A stretch of 64,000 nucleotides of DNA from Eledone cirrhosa (GCA_964016885.1 OZ024740.1:433256001-433320000), one strand, 5' to 3'; counted from the first letter of the stretch, positions 1 through 14,080 are shown. Numbers and translations: made by a program. The notes: generated from the sequence alone by a model not told the origin.

Positions 1-870
1 AAACCTTAATTCTGGCCTTTACTATCCATTCCATAAATTAAACAAAAACCTTCATTATGTTAGCTTCCATTCAAACCACCCTAGAAACGTTAAAAGGGCC
101 ATAGTTAATAGTGTTCAACAAAGAATCTCTAGACAGTAAGGCTAAATACTATAACAATGCGTTAAATAGAGCAGGTTAACCTGATAAAATTGAGTACATA
201 GACAAAAATGATTACAATTAAACTTTCCTACTCGGCTACTAAAAATATTGCCCAAAATATAATTATAATTAACAATAGAAATCTCGGAACTAATCAGAGG
301 GAGTTAACTGATAATAGTAATCTTGGAATCACTAATGGAATAAACAACATTTCAATTAGCAACGATTACACTAGCAACATAGATGATGAAAACCTAACAA
401 CTTATAGACACAGAGTGGCATCATTGAATAGTAATGTAAGTAATTGTAATTGTAAAAAAAGTAATTTTTGCCAGTTAAATAAAAACTGTCTTGATCGTAA
501 TTTAGTTTATAAATGCACTATTAAAACAAAAGATAAGTCCTATAACTATATTGGTGCCACCTCTTCAAAATTTGAAGAAAGATGGTACAACCATCACCAC
601 TCCTTTAAAAGAGAAGATAAAAGATTTAGTACGGCCCTCTCTGAATTGATTTGGTCACTTAAAAATAATAATATTGAATATTCCCTTTCTTGGCAGAAAC
701 TTTCTAATGCTTTGCCCTTTAAAAATGCTTCTGTATCTAAAGATGTGTCCTCTGTACCACAGAAATTCTATATATCATTTATAATAGGCAATTAATTATT
801 AATAAACGATCTGAAATCTTTAGTTCTTGTCTTCACAGATTTTTGAAAATGTTTCATAGAGTGTTCAGTT
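1..870 (+). mobile_element. Penelope-like element (Naiad-type) C-terminal fragment with GIY-YIG endonuclease, decayed
   Basis: ORF 208-795 has a CNCKKSNFC (CxCx5C) linker, LVY...YIG and FEERWYNHHHSF. A shifted frame continues RCVLC...INKRSEIFSSCLHR. Homologous to ORF 8050-8724. Confidence 0.8.
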
Positions 871-1582
871 AAACTTAATAAAAAAAATTAAACAAGTAAA
901 CTAATATATTTTTTTCATTATAACTTTTTCATCTACCTTATCTTTAGTTAGTATAATAAGTAAATTAAATTTGATAGTGATAAACTAGGCTATAATACAT
1001 ACATCTTTTCTTATAATAATAGTTACACAAGTAGTTAATATTTTCCTCTATTCATATAATACCTACTTAAATATAATTGTTGAAAGGAAAAATTAGGCCA
1101 CAGTAATAACATCTCTTCTTTTGAACTAAATATTTTATCCCATAGCATTATAACCCAATCAGTTATATAAAGAAAGCTATACCAATTGTTAGATATCTTT
1201 CCACTCATATAATACCAATAGAAATTATACAAAAACATGGATAATTTACCTTTGAATTTGTAATCCTAATTTTTCTTCTTTATAGTTACAATATTACTTT
1301 AACATCCTCAAATATTTTGTCTTTCGTATAATTTATATGTTTTTTGGTATAGTATCTATTTTAAGTTAATATAAGTAACATAAACTGACTAAATGTCTAT
1401 ATTTATTTATTATTTTGATCAATCTAATTACGTCATATTTTAAATAATTTCAAAAACTTTTTCCCACTTATGTAACACTTTCTGTGTTGGTTTTTTTTTG
1501 TCTAATCATAAGCTTGGTTGTCACCGATCTGGCCAGCTCGTTCGACCACCAGTATATCAAAAGAATCCTGCATCTCCTATGA

Positions 1583-1652
1583 ATTTTGTCGGATGAGAAT
1601 ATGTTTTGGATTATGTTATAGTAGTAGTAGTTCGAAATATGTATAATAGAGA
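1583..1652 (+). ncRNA. Degenerate minimal hammerhead ribozyme in the PLE 3' region
   Basis: TTTTGT-CGGATGA-(GAA...TTC)-GAAA-TATGTAT-A-ATAGAG. Same layout as 9993-10057, but core U4 is changed to G. Confidence 0.5.
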
Positions 1653-1674
1653 TGATCTAAAGTAACTATCTTTT

Positions 1675-1855
1675 GTAGATTGGCAGTATCGGTAGAGGGT
1701 TGGATGCCATGCTTTGCAACATAGAGTTACGGTCCTTTACCGTGAGAGTTCAAATCCCGCCGAGGATAAATTTGCCTTTATCTTTACGGGGTCGATAAGA
1801 TAAGGTATCAGTAATGCACTGAGATAATTGCTGGCCTTGTACCAAGTGTAGAAAC
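1675..1855 (+). mobile_element. SINE family 2 (tRNA-like head, GCCTTTCATCC...GGTCGATAA-type core)
   Basis: B-box-like GAGTTCAAATCCC. Homologous to 23925-24112, 24204-24392 and 42437-42622. Confidence 0.75.
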
Positions 1856-1956
1856 AGTTATTTTTATAACAAAACTTCAGATAAATATATACCATTGAGT
1901 GCTTGACATCTGTTATATAAAAGTCAGCTGATTATAAATCAACTCTTTTTCATTGT

Positions 1957-2420
<464 letters not shown>

Positions 2421-2483
2421 TCTCAATATATATACACACACACATACATATATAGTAGTAGTAGTAGTAGTAGTAGTACTTAC

Positions 2484-2836
2484 ATCTTTCTTTTTCTGCT
2501 TCGGTGGGACCTGAAGCTGCAGTAAGTTGAGCAGATGGAGATGGACTTCTTCTGGGGGAAGAGGATTTGCTAGGTGAAAGAGATGTCTTTGGAGAGAGTT
2601 GTCTTGGGGAGCGAGTCGGTGAACTAGAATGATGTGGAGACAGATTTGCAGTATTTCTACTGTGTGGAGAATGTTCTCTTGATCCACTAGTGTGACCCCT
2701 TTGATGGTACCTGTGTGGTGAAGTATTTGATGAATTATGATAAGACCCTCTGTTACCTGTGTTTGCACGGTTAATAAAAGGGAAATAACCAAGTTGAATC
2801 AGTCGAGCTTCTGCTTTTGATCGGTCTTGATTGGCT
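2484..2836 (-). CDS. Internal exon of a host gene: end of a CUE/UBA-like domain plus a Ser/Pro/His-rich linker
   Basis: Acceptor ttattattttcag, donor gtaagt, 353 nt, phase 2 to 1. Open frame ANQDRSKAEARLIQLGYFPFINR...SPRRSPSPSAQLTAASGPTEAEKER. This frame is not in the ORF track. Confidence 0.8.
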
Positions 2837-2864
2837 CTGAAAATAATAACACATATATATACTT

Positions 2865-3197
2865 AGTAGTAGTGGTGGTGGTGGTGGTGGTAGTGGTGAC
2901 AGTACTAGCAGTAGAAGTGGTGGTAGTAGTAGTAGTAGTGGTGGTAGTAGTAGTAACAGTAGTAGTAGTAGTAGTAACAGTAGTAGTAGCAGTAGTAGTA
3001 GTAGTAGTAACAGTAGTAGTAACAGTAGTAGTAGTAACAGTAGTAGTAGTAACAACAGTAGTAGTAGTAGTGGTAGTAACAGTAGTAGTAGTGGTAGTAG
3101 TAGTAACAGTAGTAGTAGTAACAGTAGTAGTAGTGGTAGTAGTAGTAGTAGTAACAGTAGTAGTAGTAGTAGTAGTAGTAGTAGTTGTAGTAGTAGT
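2865..3197. repeat. (GTA/GTG)n trinucleotide repeat next to the splice acceptor
   Basis: Read directly from the sequence. Confidence 0.95.
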
Positions 3198-3290
3198 ATA
3201 TATAGTTAACATTAGTTATAAAACAAATATGACAAGATAATACAAATAGTAAAATATGAGAGAGGAACTTATAAATATTGTGTGTATATA

Positions 3291-3331
<41 letters not shown>

Positions 3332-3339
3332 AGGTGTCA

Positions 3340-3633
3340 CGTGTAGGTGTCACGACAAAAAAACACACAGTCCACGCTGTAAATGTGGCCGTGTAGGCAA
3401 CACGGTAAAAACCTCCCAGCCCCACACTGTAAATGTGGTTGGTGTTAGGAAGGGCATCCAGCTGTAGAAAACCCGCCAGACAGTCCACGCTGTAAATGTG
3501 GTTGGTGTTAGGAAGGGCATCCAACTGTAGAAAACCCGCCAGACAGTCCTATGCGAGCAAGACAACCACTCTTGCCTCAAGTGGGAAAACCCCCGTCCAA
3601 ACCCATGCAAGCGTGGAACACGGACGCTAAACC

Positions 3634-3666
<33 letters not shown>
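3340..3666 (+). mobile_element. RTE subfamily B 3' UTR fragment with (GAT)n tail and an internal ~60-bp duplication
   Basis: Reverse complement of 10106-10350. Contains the RTE 3' motif AGGAAGGGCATCC. Confidence 0.8.
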
Positions 3667-3668
<2 letters not shown>

Positions 3669-3721
3669 TGTGTGTATATGTATATATATATATATATGTG
3701 TATCATCATCATTTCATCATC

Positions 3722-4040
3722 ATCATTTCATTTTACGTCCGCTTTTTCCCTGCTTGCAAGGGTGGGACGGGAACTGATTCTGGCTTGATTTCTACAGCTG
3801 GATGCCCTTCCTAGCACCAACCTCATTTACAGTGAGTGCTGGGTGCTTTTTTGCCGTGGCACCTCCACGACCACTTTGCAGTGGAATGATATGGACCCCA
3901 GTCCCTACCATCTCATTTCTACAGCTGAGTAAACTGGAGCAATGTGAAATAAAGTGTCTTGCTCAAGGAAACAACACATCACCCGGTCTGAGAATTGAAC
4001 TCACAACCTTTCGATTGCAAGGCCAATGCTCTAACCACTA
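3722..4040 (-). mobile_element. SINE family 1 (tRNA head plus RTE-derived tail)
   Basis: Near-identical to 33998-34324 and 58858-59190. Confidence 0.85.
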
Positions 4041-4368
4041 AATATATATATATGTGTGTGTATATATGTATATATATATGTGTATATATATATATGTGTG
4101 TGTATATATGTATATATATATGTGTATATATATATGTATATATATATATGTGTGTGTGTATATATGTATATATATATATATGTGTGTGTATATATGTATA
4201 TATATATATGTGTATATATATATATGTGTGTGTATATATGTATATATATATATGTGTATATATATATGTGTGTGTATATATGTATATATATATATGTATA
4301 TATATATATGCGTGTGTATATATGTATATATATATATATGTGTGTATATATGTATATATATATATATG

Positions 4369-4945
4369 TGTCAGGCCACTCTCGAGTGCTAGTGGTAACA
4401 TGTAACCCAGTACAACCTGTCGCATGGTCGAGTCGTCGGCGACTAGACCGGCAACCCCATCAAGTTTACTTGGTGAGGGGGATGACTTTGGACATCCTGC
4501 AGGACAAAAACAAAACCTGACAAAGGGCGGAAGAACTCATAAGAGTGAACGGCCATCCAAACATTGTGTAAATATGTATATAGGGTATATTTGGTAGCCT
4601 TGGTCGGCAATCTGTCTAGGAGAGGGACCATTCTGATTTCAAAGCCAGGGTGGACAGAGCTCTTTGGCCTTGATAGGCAATCTGTCAAACCAATCCTGAC
4701 TGGGTTAAACGACGACATTGGTAAGCAGGATGTCGGATCAGTAGATAAAGCAATGATCAAGTAACTGTGAATTTGGTTCATACTACTAGTGGCAAAGCGA
4801 TCATATCAACTATTGAATGTTTCGGTGAGGCACAACCGCTCTAACACAGAGTACTGCTTTCACTTGTATGGAGTAGCGACCACAAGTGTCTATCCAGCTA
4901 TTGAAAGCTAAATATAAGCCGAGCAAGTTCGACCTGATGATGATG
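4369..4945 (+). mobile_element. Probable non-autonomous RTE-like element (structured 5' leader, (GAT)n 3' end)
   Basis: The first ~190 bp are homologous to 15361-15555 with the same start. Contains an RTE 5'UTR-like GGCAATCTGTCTAGGAGAGG and ends GTTCGACC(TGA)n. Confidence 0.5.
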
Positions 4946-4967
4946 ATTATGATATATATGTGTGTAT

Positions 4968-7660
4968 ATCATCATCACCGTTTTACGTCCGTTCTTCCAT
5001 GCTAGCATGGGTTAGACGGGTTGTCCTGTTGTGGGCAGTGTCTGGTCGGCTGACCATGCCTTGCTCATACAGGAACTGATTTGGCTTGATTTCTACAGCT
5101 GGATGCCCTTCCTAACACCAACCTCATTTACAGTGAGTGCTGGGTACTTTTTCGTGGCGCCTACACATCCACTTTACAGTGTGGGCTGGGTGCTTTTTTG
5201 CCGTGGCACCTCCACGACCACCTTGCAGTGGGAGGGTGTGGGGGCATATTGTCTATATGCTTCAGCTTGTACCCATGGGAGGTCGGGTACTCTGTATTAC
5301 TGCGAGACGCCAGAGGTCAAGGTCATGAGAGGTGTAATTGAGTAAGGTCGGCTTTTATCACCTCATCCCAGGTCATCTTGGGTCTCCCCACTCCGCGGTT
5401 TCCATCAACTTCTAGTGCTCTGCACCTTTTTATGCAGCTGTCATCCTTCATACGCATCACGTCCATACCAACGCAACCACCTCTCCTGCACACAGCATTT
5501 GATTCCTCTTATGCTCAGTCTCTCTCTCAATTAATTTATGCTTTGTCGTTCACGTATATTACTGTTACACATCCATCGGAGCATGCAGGCTTCGTTTCTT
5601 TCTAATCTATGTAAGTCTTCCACCTTCAGCGCCCAGGTCTCACTATCATGTAACATTGCTGTTCGGATACACGCATCATACAGTCTGCCTTTCATTTTGA
5701 GGGAGAAGCCTTTTGCAGCTAGCAGTGACAGTAGTTCCCTGAACTTCTTCCATCCCATTCTTACCCTAGTTATTGTACTTTCTGAACACCCACCTCCGCT
5801 GCTAATTCGGTCACCAAGGTAGCAGAAGCTGTCTACTGTCTTTACAGAACCCTCCCAGAGATTGGTGGTACTTATTTCCTGTGGCTCTTTGCTGCTTGCT
5901 GTCCCAGTACAGCTGCTGCATGTGAAGCCTACATTCTTAATTAAGCTTCCTGAGATCCCGCTACATCTCTTGTGTACCCATTGTTTGCATTTGGGGCAGA
6001 GAATGGAGTTCCTACCTACACCTTTCCTATATACTGAGCAAGGCCACTTCCCTGAGGGGATCTGGGTTCTGTTTTCTCGTCTACTTACAAGGACCTTAGT
6101 CTTTGTCATGTTGACTTTGAGACCCTTTCTTTCTAGTCCCTGCATCCAAGTTTGGAATTTCTTCTCTAGTTCTGCCATAGATTCAGCTATAAGTGTGAGG
6201 TCATCAGCATACAGGAGTTCCCATGGGCATCCGGTCTTAAACTCCTCCGTTATTGCCTGCAGGACTATGATAAACAGGAGAGGGCTAAGAACAGAGCCCT
6301 GGTGGACACCAACCTGTACGCTAAATTCCTCGCTATACTCATTGCTAATCCTAACTTTGCTGACTGCTCCCCTATACATGGCTTGTACAGCTTTCACAAG
6401 CCATTCATCTACTCATAGTTTTCTAAGAGCCCACCAGATTACAGCACATGGAACTCTGTCAAAGGCTTTCTCGAGATCGACGAATGCCAGGTAGAGTGGC
6501 TTACTTTTAGCTAGGTACTTTTCCTGTAACTGCCTCACAAGGAAGAGGGCATCAGTGGTGCCTCTTCCTGGTACAAACCCAAATTGCATCTCATCTAGTT
6601 TCACCCGGTCCCTAATCAACTGTGCTATAACTCTTTCTGTTACTTTCATGACCTGGTCCATCAGCTTTATACCTCTATCGAGTGCATCACCTTTACCTTT
6701 GTAGCAGTTGACAATGATGCTACTGCACCAATCTTTTGGTATGACACCTTCTAGTATTACCTGGTTAACAATACGTGTGGTTATAGTGTGACCTACAGAC
6801 CCAGATGCCTTCAACATCTCGGCAGCTATACCCGATGGACCGGTTGCCTTCCCCATCTTCATATCTTTGATTGCCTTACTTACTATGCTGCTGCTGACTT
6901 GTACTGCTGGCCCCTCTACAGGGTCTACTTGGGGTAGGGTCTCTTCTTCCCATGCATTCTCCTCATTTAGTAATCTATCATAATGACTCTTCCATGCATC
7001 TTTCTTCTCAGCACTTGTGAGGGCAATCTCACCTTTATCATTCTGGATACACTTCTCTCCAATGACATCGCAATTCTCTCTGACACACTGCCTCGCAATC
7101 TTGAAAACCTCCTGTTTCTGGTCCTCTCGTTGCAAAACATGCTTGAATCTTCTATCCTCTGCTTCCCTCCTAGCTAAGTATACTTATCGCCTAGCTTCCC
7201 TCTTGGTCTCTATGTAATGTACCCTGCTCCCCCCATTCTTCCATTCTTTCCATGCCTGTCTCTTGGCCTTAACTGCCTCATCTACCTTATTGTTCCACTA
7301 CCAAGCCACTCTCCTCCTGCTTGTGGTCTTACTCCAGCCACAGACCTCATCTATCGCCTCTAATAAGTTAATTTTTAAGAACTCCCAGTGCTCTTCTACA
7401 TTGAATGTCTCTATCTGTTCTTCTTTACTGTCATAGGCGTTGAGTAAAATATCTTTAAATCTGTTACTGATTGAGGGGTCTTTCAGCTTCCAGATCTTTC
7501 TTCTCCAGGCTGGCCTCTGTTTCCAGGTTCGTCTAGTTCTGACCGTGAGGTTGCTGACAACTAAGCTATGTTGGGAGGTACATTCCTCACTAGGGAAGGC
7601 TTTTGTGTTTACGACCGTCCATCTGTCACGTCCTCTGATGAGGATAAAATCTATCTAGAA
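4968..7660 (-). mobile_element. RTE LINE subfamily A, 5'-truncated and disrupted (RT plus PHD finger)
   Basis: ORFs 6413-7135 and 5531-6397 contain QFGFVPG, FVDLEKAFD, GVHQGSVLSP and LLYADD. Ends in a (GAT)n tail. Confidence 0.92.
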
Positions 7661-7741
7661 TGCTCTATGTGTATATATATATATATGTGTGTGTATATAT
7701 ATGTGTATATATATATATATATGTGTATATATATATATATA

Positions 7742-7792
<51 letters not shown>

Positions 7793-7795
<3 letters not shown>

Positions 7796-10105
7796 AAAGT
7801 TTTATTTAAAATTGTTGGGTTAAAACGAGTAAATATTTTATAACTGATATAAAAGCACTCAACAGTTTTTGGAGTAGGTTTACGATATTAAACAAATGGA
7901 AACTATATTTATATTTATAAAACCATATTTATTTCGTTATATATATTTCTGGGATATCATATTAATTACAGTAACAACTTTAACAACTATAATAGAAAGC
8001 ACTACAATAATTCCAAAAACCAGAAAAGAAATAGAACTAGAAATATAATATGGTTTGCCCCCCCCCCCCCTTCTCACTAAACATTAAAACCCACATCGCT
8101 AAACTATTTTTTAATGCTCTTGACAAACGCTTCCCTAGAACACATAAGTATCACTCAATTTTCAATAGACATACTATAAAATTAACATACTCGTCCACCA
8201 AAAATTTAGCACAAAATATTAATAGAATAAATAATAGGAATCTAAAACCTAGCCAAAATACCGAAAATAGCCTAAACAATATTCAAGTAAACAACTGTAA
8301 CTGTAGAGATAGATCTAAATGTCCGCTAAATAACAATTGCTTAGTTAAAAATATAATATACAACTGTAATGTTAAAACTGACTTAAATTCTTTTAATTAT
8401 GTTGGTTCCACCTCGACAGAATTTAAACTTCGCTATAATAATCACAAAAATTCTTTCACAGATCCAAATAAAAAATCTTCAACATCACTATCAGGCTTAC
8501 TCTGGCAACTTAAACATGATAAAGTTGGATATTCGATGGTTTGGAATATAGTCTCAAAAGGCATTCCTTTTAATTCCTCTTCTGAGACATGTGACCTCTG
8601 CGCGGAGGAGATATTCTTTATACTAAAATCTAAAAATTCCCTTAATTTACGAACCAATTTATTCAGCTGCTGCAAACATAGATTGAACTCAACTTTTAAA
8701 TATAAATATAAATTTAAAATGTAGTATAAAATGTAGTATATTTACTTAAGATATTTAACTATTTATGAAACTTGGCGATAAATCTTTCGATTCCTTCAAT
8801 TTTTTAAAACCTTTCTGCATGAATATATAATTAATGAGATTAATTAAACTACCCTAAAATTGGCGATGTTCCCAATCTTTTGAATAAATTTTTAAGCTAG
8901 ATAAACTTCTATAATAAATATAAGAGCATTTGTAGAATAAGTTTTGAATGATTTCTGCTAAATAAGGTTTGTTGAACAATTTTGGTTTTTGTTTGCTTTT
9001 GATTCTGATTGCTTCTAATGAACTTGACAACATATTGTCAAATAAATTGGAAGGGTGGTTTTATGTGACTGATATGCGTGGCATACTATGTTCTCTTACG
9101 TCCCTAGATACTCTGTGGAGTGACGAAGATATTCTTGGCGTTTTTAATTTTTAATATTGATATCTGTTGTCTAATTTTTAATATTGATACCTGTTGTCTA
9201 TTCTATGCTTGATCGATAATCATGTGAGGGCAGGAATATTACTATAAATGTTAATGTATATTTTATGTCTATATATATATATGTGTATGTACATATATGT
9301 ATGGTGGAATCTTTTGTAACGCAATGAAGATTTTCATGAAAAATAAGAATCTGCGGAGCATATCACGTAAGTTCACATGTGTGCCTATAATTATCAACTT
9401 GAATTTGAGATAACCTTCTCTTTTCTCTTTTTCATGAGAATGCATATATACTTATGTTTGAAGTTTTGTCTCAGATTTTGCTTATAGACCTAAGAATTTT
9501 TAAACTAAGCATGGGATCATTTTTTTCACACATTATGGATATGTGTCTCATTCATGAATATTGATATTTACATTATAATACCTAATTCATAAAAATTGAT
9601 AATTCAAATGGATGAGACATAATATATTTTAAATATATCATCTTTCTTTCTTTTTCTCCTCTACACTGGACGTGATTTTTGTGTCGGCTATTTTAACTGT
9701 ATCCCTTCCCTCCTTAACCTCTCACTTGTACGATGATCATCTGTCCCCAAGCTGCCTACTATTTTTTCACTTCCTCAATATATTTCTCTCTCCCATATCT
9801 CCTTCTCTCACTATCTCGCTCTGTTGTTTTTCTTTACATACATCTCTTCATCTTCTTTTTATCTTCGTTTTTCTTCGTCTTTCTTTCTCTATAACTGTCC
9901 TCAACAGTTTCACTACCAAATCAACTTTTTAAATGGAAGTTGCATTATTCTAAGGTATGTCAAAATTATTTATAAAACAGCTTATATATTGTATTTTGTC
10001 TGAGGAAGGCATACCATATTTTTAATATGATATCCCAGAAATATATATAACGAAATAAATATGGTTTTATAAATATAAATATAGTTTCCATTTGTTTAAT
10101 ATCGT
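7793..10105 (+). mobile_element. 5'-truncated Naiad-type Penelope-like element with an inverted pLTR copy at its 5' end
   Basis: GIY-YIG ORF 8050-8724 (CNCRDRSKC, IIY..YVG, CDLC, CKH). 7882-7964 is the reverse complement of ~10023-10106, the typical PLE inverted pLTR arrangement. Confidence 0.85.
9993..10057 (+). ncRNA. Minimal type I hammerhead ribozyme in the PLE pLTR
   Basis: Stem I ATTTTGT/ACGAAAT (7 bp), core CTGAGGA, imperfect stem II with CATATT/AATATG, GAAA, palindromic stem III ATATATAT, AUA cleavage triplet. Confidence 0.75.
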
Positions 10106-12500
10106 ATCATCATCATCATCATCAACGTTTAACGTCCGTGTTCCACGCTTGCATGGGTTTGGACGGGGGTAGTCCCACTTGAGGCAAGAGTGATTGTCTT
10201 GCTCGCATAGGACTGTCTGGCAGGTTTTCTACAGTTGGATGCCCTTCCTAACACCAACCACATTTACAGTGTGGGTCTGGGAGGTTTTTACCGTGTTGCC
10301 TACACGGCCACATTACAGCGTGGACTGTGTGTTTTTTTGTCGTGACACCTACACGATCTCATTTGTTTCGGCCCGGATGGCGCGGCACCAACATAACTTT
10401 ACATAGGACGGGGTGGTGTGGATGGGGTGGGGGTGGTGGTGGTGGGACGGGGTGTATTTTGTTAGAGATGCCTACTGGCAAGGCGGGTCTTCTCTGTTAC
10501 TGAGTACCGCCAAAGGTCTCGGTCCAGTGACATTGTCTTGGAGAGGTGTAAGTGTGTGAGGTCGGAGTTTATCAGCTCGTCCCAGGTTTTTCTAGGTCTG
10601 CCTATTCCGTGGCTACCGTCTATCTTTATTGCCCTGCACTTTGTTATACAGCTATCGACTTTCATGCGCATCACGTGTCCATACCAACGTAGCCTTCTCT
10701 CGAGTAAACAACATCTGATCCCTCTTATCTCTAATTTTTTCCTTAGTTCGTTTATGCTTTGCCGTTCACGTATATTACTGTTACACATCCAGCGGAGCAT
10801 GCAAGCTTCGTTCCTCTCTAGTCTGCGTATATCCTCTGCACACAATGCCCAGGTCTCACTGCCATGCAACATTGCTGTTCGTATGCAGGCATCGTACAAC
10901 CTGCCTTTCATTTTTAGGGAGAACCCTTTAGCAGCTAATAGTGGTATAAGCTCTCTGAACTTTTTCCAACCAGTTCTGACTCTAGCTACAGTACTTTCAG
11001 AGCACCCTCCCCCACTGCTGATTTTATCGCCCAGGTAACGGAAGCTGTCCACTATTTCTATAGAACCCTCTGCGCAATTGAAAGAGCTAGTATTGCGTGG
11101 GCACTTGCTGCTACTTATTGCACCAGAACACCGGCCACATGTAAAATCTATGTTCTTAGTTAGCTTACCTGTGATCCCACTACATCTTTTATGCACCCAT
11201 ACTTTGCATTTAGGACACAAAATGGAGTTTCTACCTACGCCTTTCCTACACACCGAGCACGACCATTTCCCAGAAGGGACCGCCGCCTTGTTTTCTTTCC
11301 TACAAACTAGAACTTTGGTCTTAGCCAGGTTAATTTTAAGTCCTTTTGACTCTAGGCCGTGCTTCCATGTTTGGAATTTCTTCTCTAGCTCGGCCATTGA
11401 TTCCGCTATGAGTGTCAGGTCGTCTGCGTATAGGAGTTCCCATGGGCAGCCTGTCTTGAACTCCTCTGTTATAGCCTGAAGGGCAATAATAAATAGTAGG
11501 GGGCTGAGAACAGAGCCCTGATGGACGCCAACTTTTACGCTAAACTCTTCACTATATTCGTTGTTAATTCTAACCTTGCTGACTGTTTCTTTATACATGG
11601 CTTGTATAGCCCTCACAAGCCATTCGTCAACGCCTAGTTTTCTAAGAGCCCACCAGATAATGGAGCGGGGGACTCTGTCGAAGGCTTTCTCCAAGTCGAC
11701 AAAAGCTAAGTAGAGGGGTTTACCTTTAGCTAGGTACTTCTCCTGTAGTTGTCGTACTATGAAAAGAGCGTCTGTGGTACTTTTGCCTGACACAAACCCG
11801 AACTGCATTTCATCTAGGTCAATTCTCTCTCTGATTAGTTGCGCTATTACTTTTTCTGTGACCTTCATGACCTGGTCGATTAATTTAATGCCTCTATAGT
11901 TACTCCTATCTAGGGCGTCTCCTTTACCCTTATAACAGTTAACGATGATGCTGCTATGCCAGTCCTTCGGAACAACCCCATTCTGTACGACTTGGTTAAC
12001 TATGCGGGTGACCATGGTGTGTCCCACCGTGCCAGATGCCTTCAGCATCTCAGCAACTATTTCCGAAGGCCCAGCCGCCTTACCTGTCTTCATATCCTTG
12101 ATTGCCTTACTTATTATACTCCCCTCGACTAACACTGCTGGTCCCTCTATTGGGTCGACATGGGGGAGACTGTCTTTCTCCCATTTATTCTCCTCATTTA
12201 GTAGCCTTTCATAGTGACACTTCCAAGCTGCCTTCTTATCAGTGTCGGTGATGGCAAGTATGCCATCATCGTTAAGTACACACTTCTCCCCGACAATATC
12301 ACGGTTTTCCTTGACGCATTGCCTAGCAATCCTGAACACCTCACGTTTTTGGTCATCGCGTTGTAGGACATGCTTGAACTTTCTTTCCTCAGCTTCCCTT
12401 CTTGCTAAGTACACTTCTCTCCTAGCTTCCCTCCTGGCCACTTGATAGTCTACTCTACTTCCCCCATCCCGCCATACTTTCCAAGCCTGCTTTTTGGCCT
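10106..12500 (-). mobile_element. RTE LINE subfamily B, 5'-truncated, with an open 659-aa RT/PHD ORF
   Basis: ORF 10462-12441 is uninterrupted, with YADD and CSVC..CPKC..HKRC..CGRC. Ends in a (GAT)n tail. Confidence 0.95.
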
Positions 12501-12557
12501 GTATATATATATATATATGTATTTATATATATATGTGTGTATACATGTGTGTGCATA

Positions 12558-12590
<33 letters not shown>

Positions 12591-12707
12591 GTGTATATAT
12601 ATGTGTGTATATATATGTGTGTGTATATATATATATATGTGTGTGTATATACGTGTATGTGTATATATATCTATATGTGTATATATATATATATGTGTGT
12701 ATATATA

Positions 12708-12754
<47 letters not shown>

Positions 12755-12855
12755 ATATATATGTGTGTGTGTGTATATATATATGTGTGTTTATATACAT
12801 GTGTGTATATATATATGTGTGTATATATATATATGTGTATATATATATATATATT

Positions 12856-12895
<40 letters not shown>

Positions 12896-12909
12896 AATAT
12901 ATATATATA

Positions 12910-13630
12910 ACAGCGATGTTGCATGGTAGTGAGACCTGGGCGCTGAAGGTGGAAGACTTACGTAGATTAGAGAGAAACGAAGCCTGCATGCTCCGATGGA
13001 TGTGTAACAGTAATATACGTGAACGACAAAGCATAAAGGAATTGAGAGAGAGACTGAGCATAAGAGGAATCAAATGCTGCGTGCAGGAGAGGCGGTTACG
13101 CTGGTATGGACATGTGATGCGTATGAAGGATGACAGCTGCATAAAAAGGTGCAGAGCACTAGAAGTTGATGGAAACCGCGGAGTGGGGAGACCCAAGATG
13201 ACTTGGGATGAGGTGATAAAAGCCGACCTTACCCAACTACACCTCTCAAAGTCAATGACACACGACCGTGACTTCTGGCGTCACGCAGTAATACAGGGTA
13301 CCCGACCTCCCATGGGTACATGCTGAAGCATATAAACAATATGCCCCCCCCCCCCCCCCCACCGCAAGGTGGTCGTGGAGGTGCCACGGCAAAAAAGCAC
13401 CCAGCCCACACTGTAAAGTGGATGTGTAGGCGCCACGAAAAAGCACCCAGCACTCACTGTAAATGAGGTTGGTGTTAGGAAGGGCATCCAGCTGTAGAAA
13501 TCAAGCCAGATCAGTTCCTGTATGAGCAAGGCATGGTCAGCCGACCAGACACTGCCCACAACAGGACAACCCGTCTAACCCATGCTAGCGTGGAAGAACG
13601 GACGTAAAACGGTGATGATGATGATGATGA
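12910..13630 (+). mobile_element. RTE subfamily A 3' fragment
   Basis: [10 protein letters not shown]...RLRWYGHV. Near-identical inverted copy of 4968-5660. Confidence 0.9.
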
Positions 13631-13724
13631 TATGTGTGTATATATATCTGTGTGTATATATATATATGTGTGTATATATATATGTGTGTGTATATATATA
13701 TATATGTGTGTATATATATATATT

Positions 13725-14080
13725 TAGGTTTGTTGGTTCACCACTGGATAGAACTGGTCATTCCGTATGGTCAATCTTGATATGATATTATGGAGAGTAC
13801 TCAACGTAGTGCAGTTCACCCGTCTTCGTGTGTGTAGTTGGTGGTACGAGTACGGAGTTAATTATAAATAAAATAACAGTCGTCTGGACTGGTGTAAATC
13901 CTTGAAAGGTTTATTATACTCTGATCACTTCAATGACCGGGTTCCATATGAATCCGGTGATATCATCAGGTATTGGAAATATAACAAAGGAATATATAAA
14001 AATCCATGGGTCCGAAAATCAGTGACAGAGAGGACGACTGACCAACTAGCTGTTTTCACCTCGGTCAGTCGCTCTCAAGT
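13725..14080 (-). mobile_element. Microsatellite-flanked non-coding element with a degenerate hammerhead-like core (13930-13976)
   Basis: Minus strand reads CTGATGA...GGAACCCGGTC, one change from GAAACCGGTC. Stems I and II are weak. Confidence 0.35.

Noticed and set aside
8050-8900. Selenocysteine-encoding Naiad with a SECIS element
   Set aside because: The conserved Cys positions use normal codons, no in-frame TGA was seen, and no SECIS was recognised.
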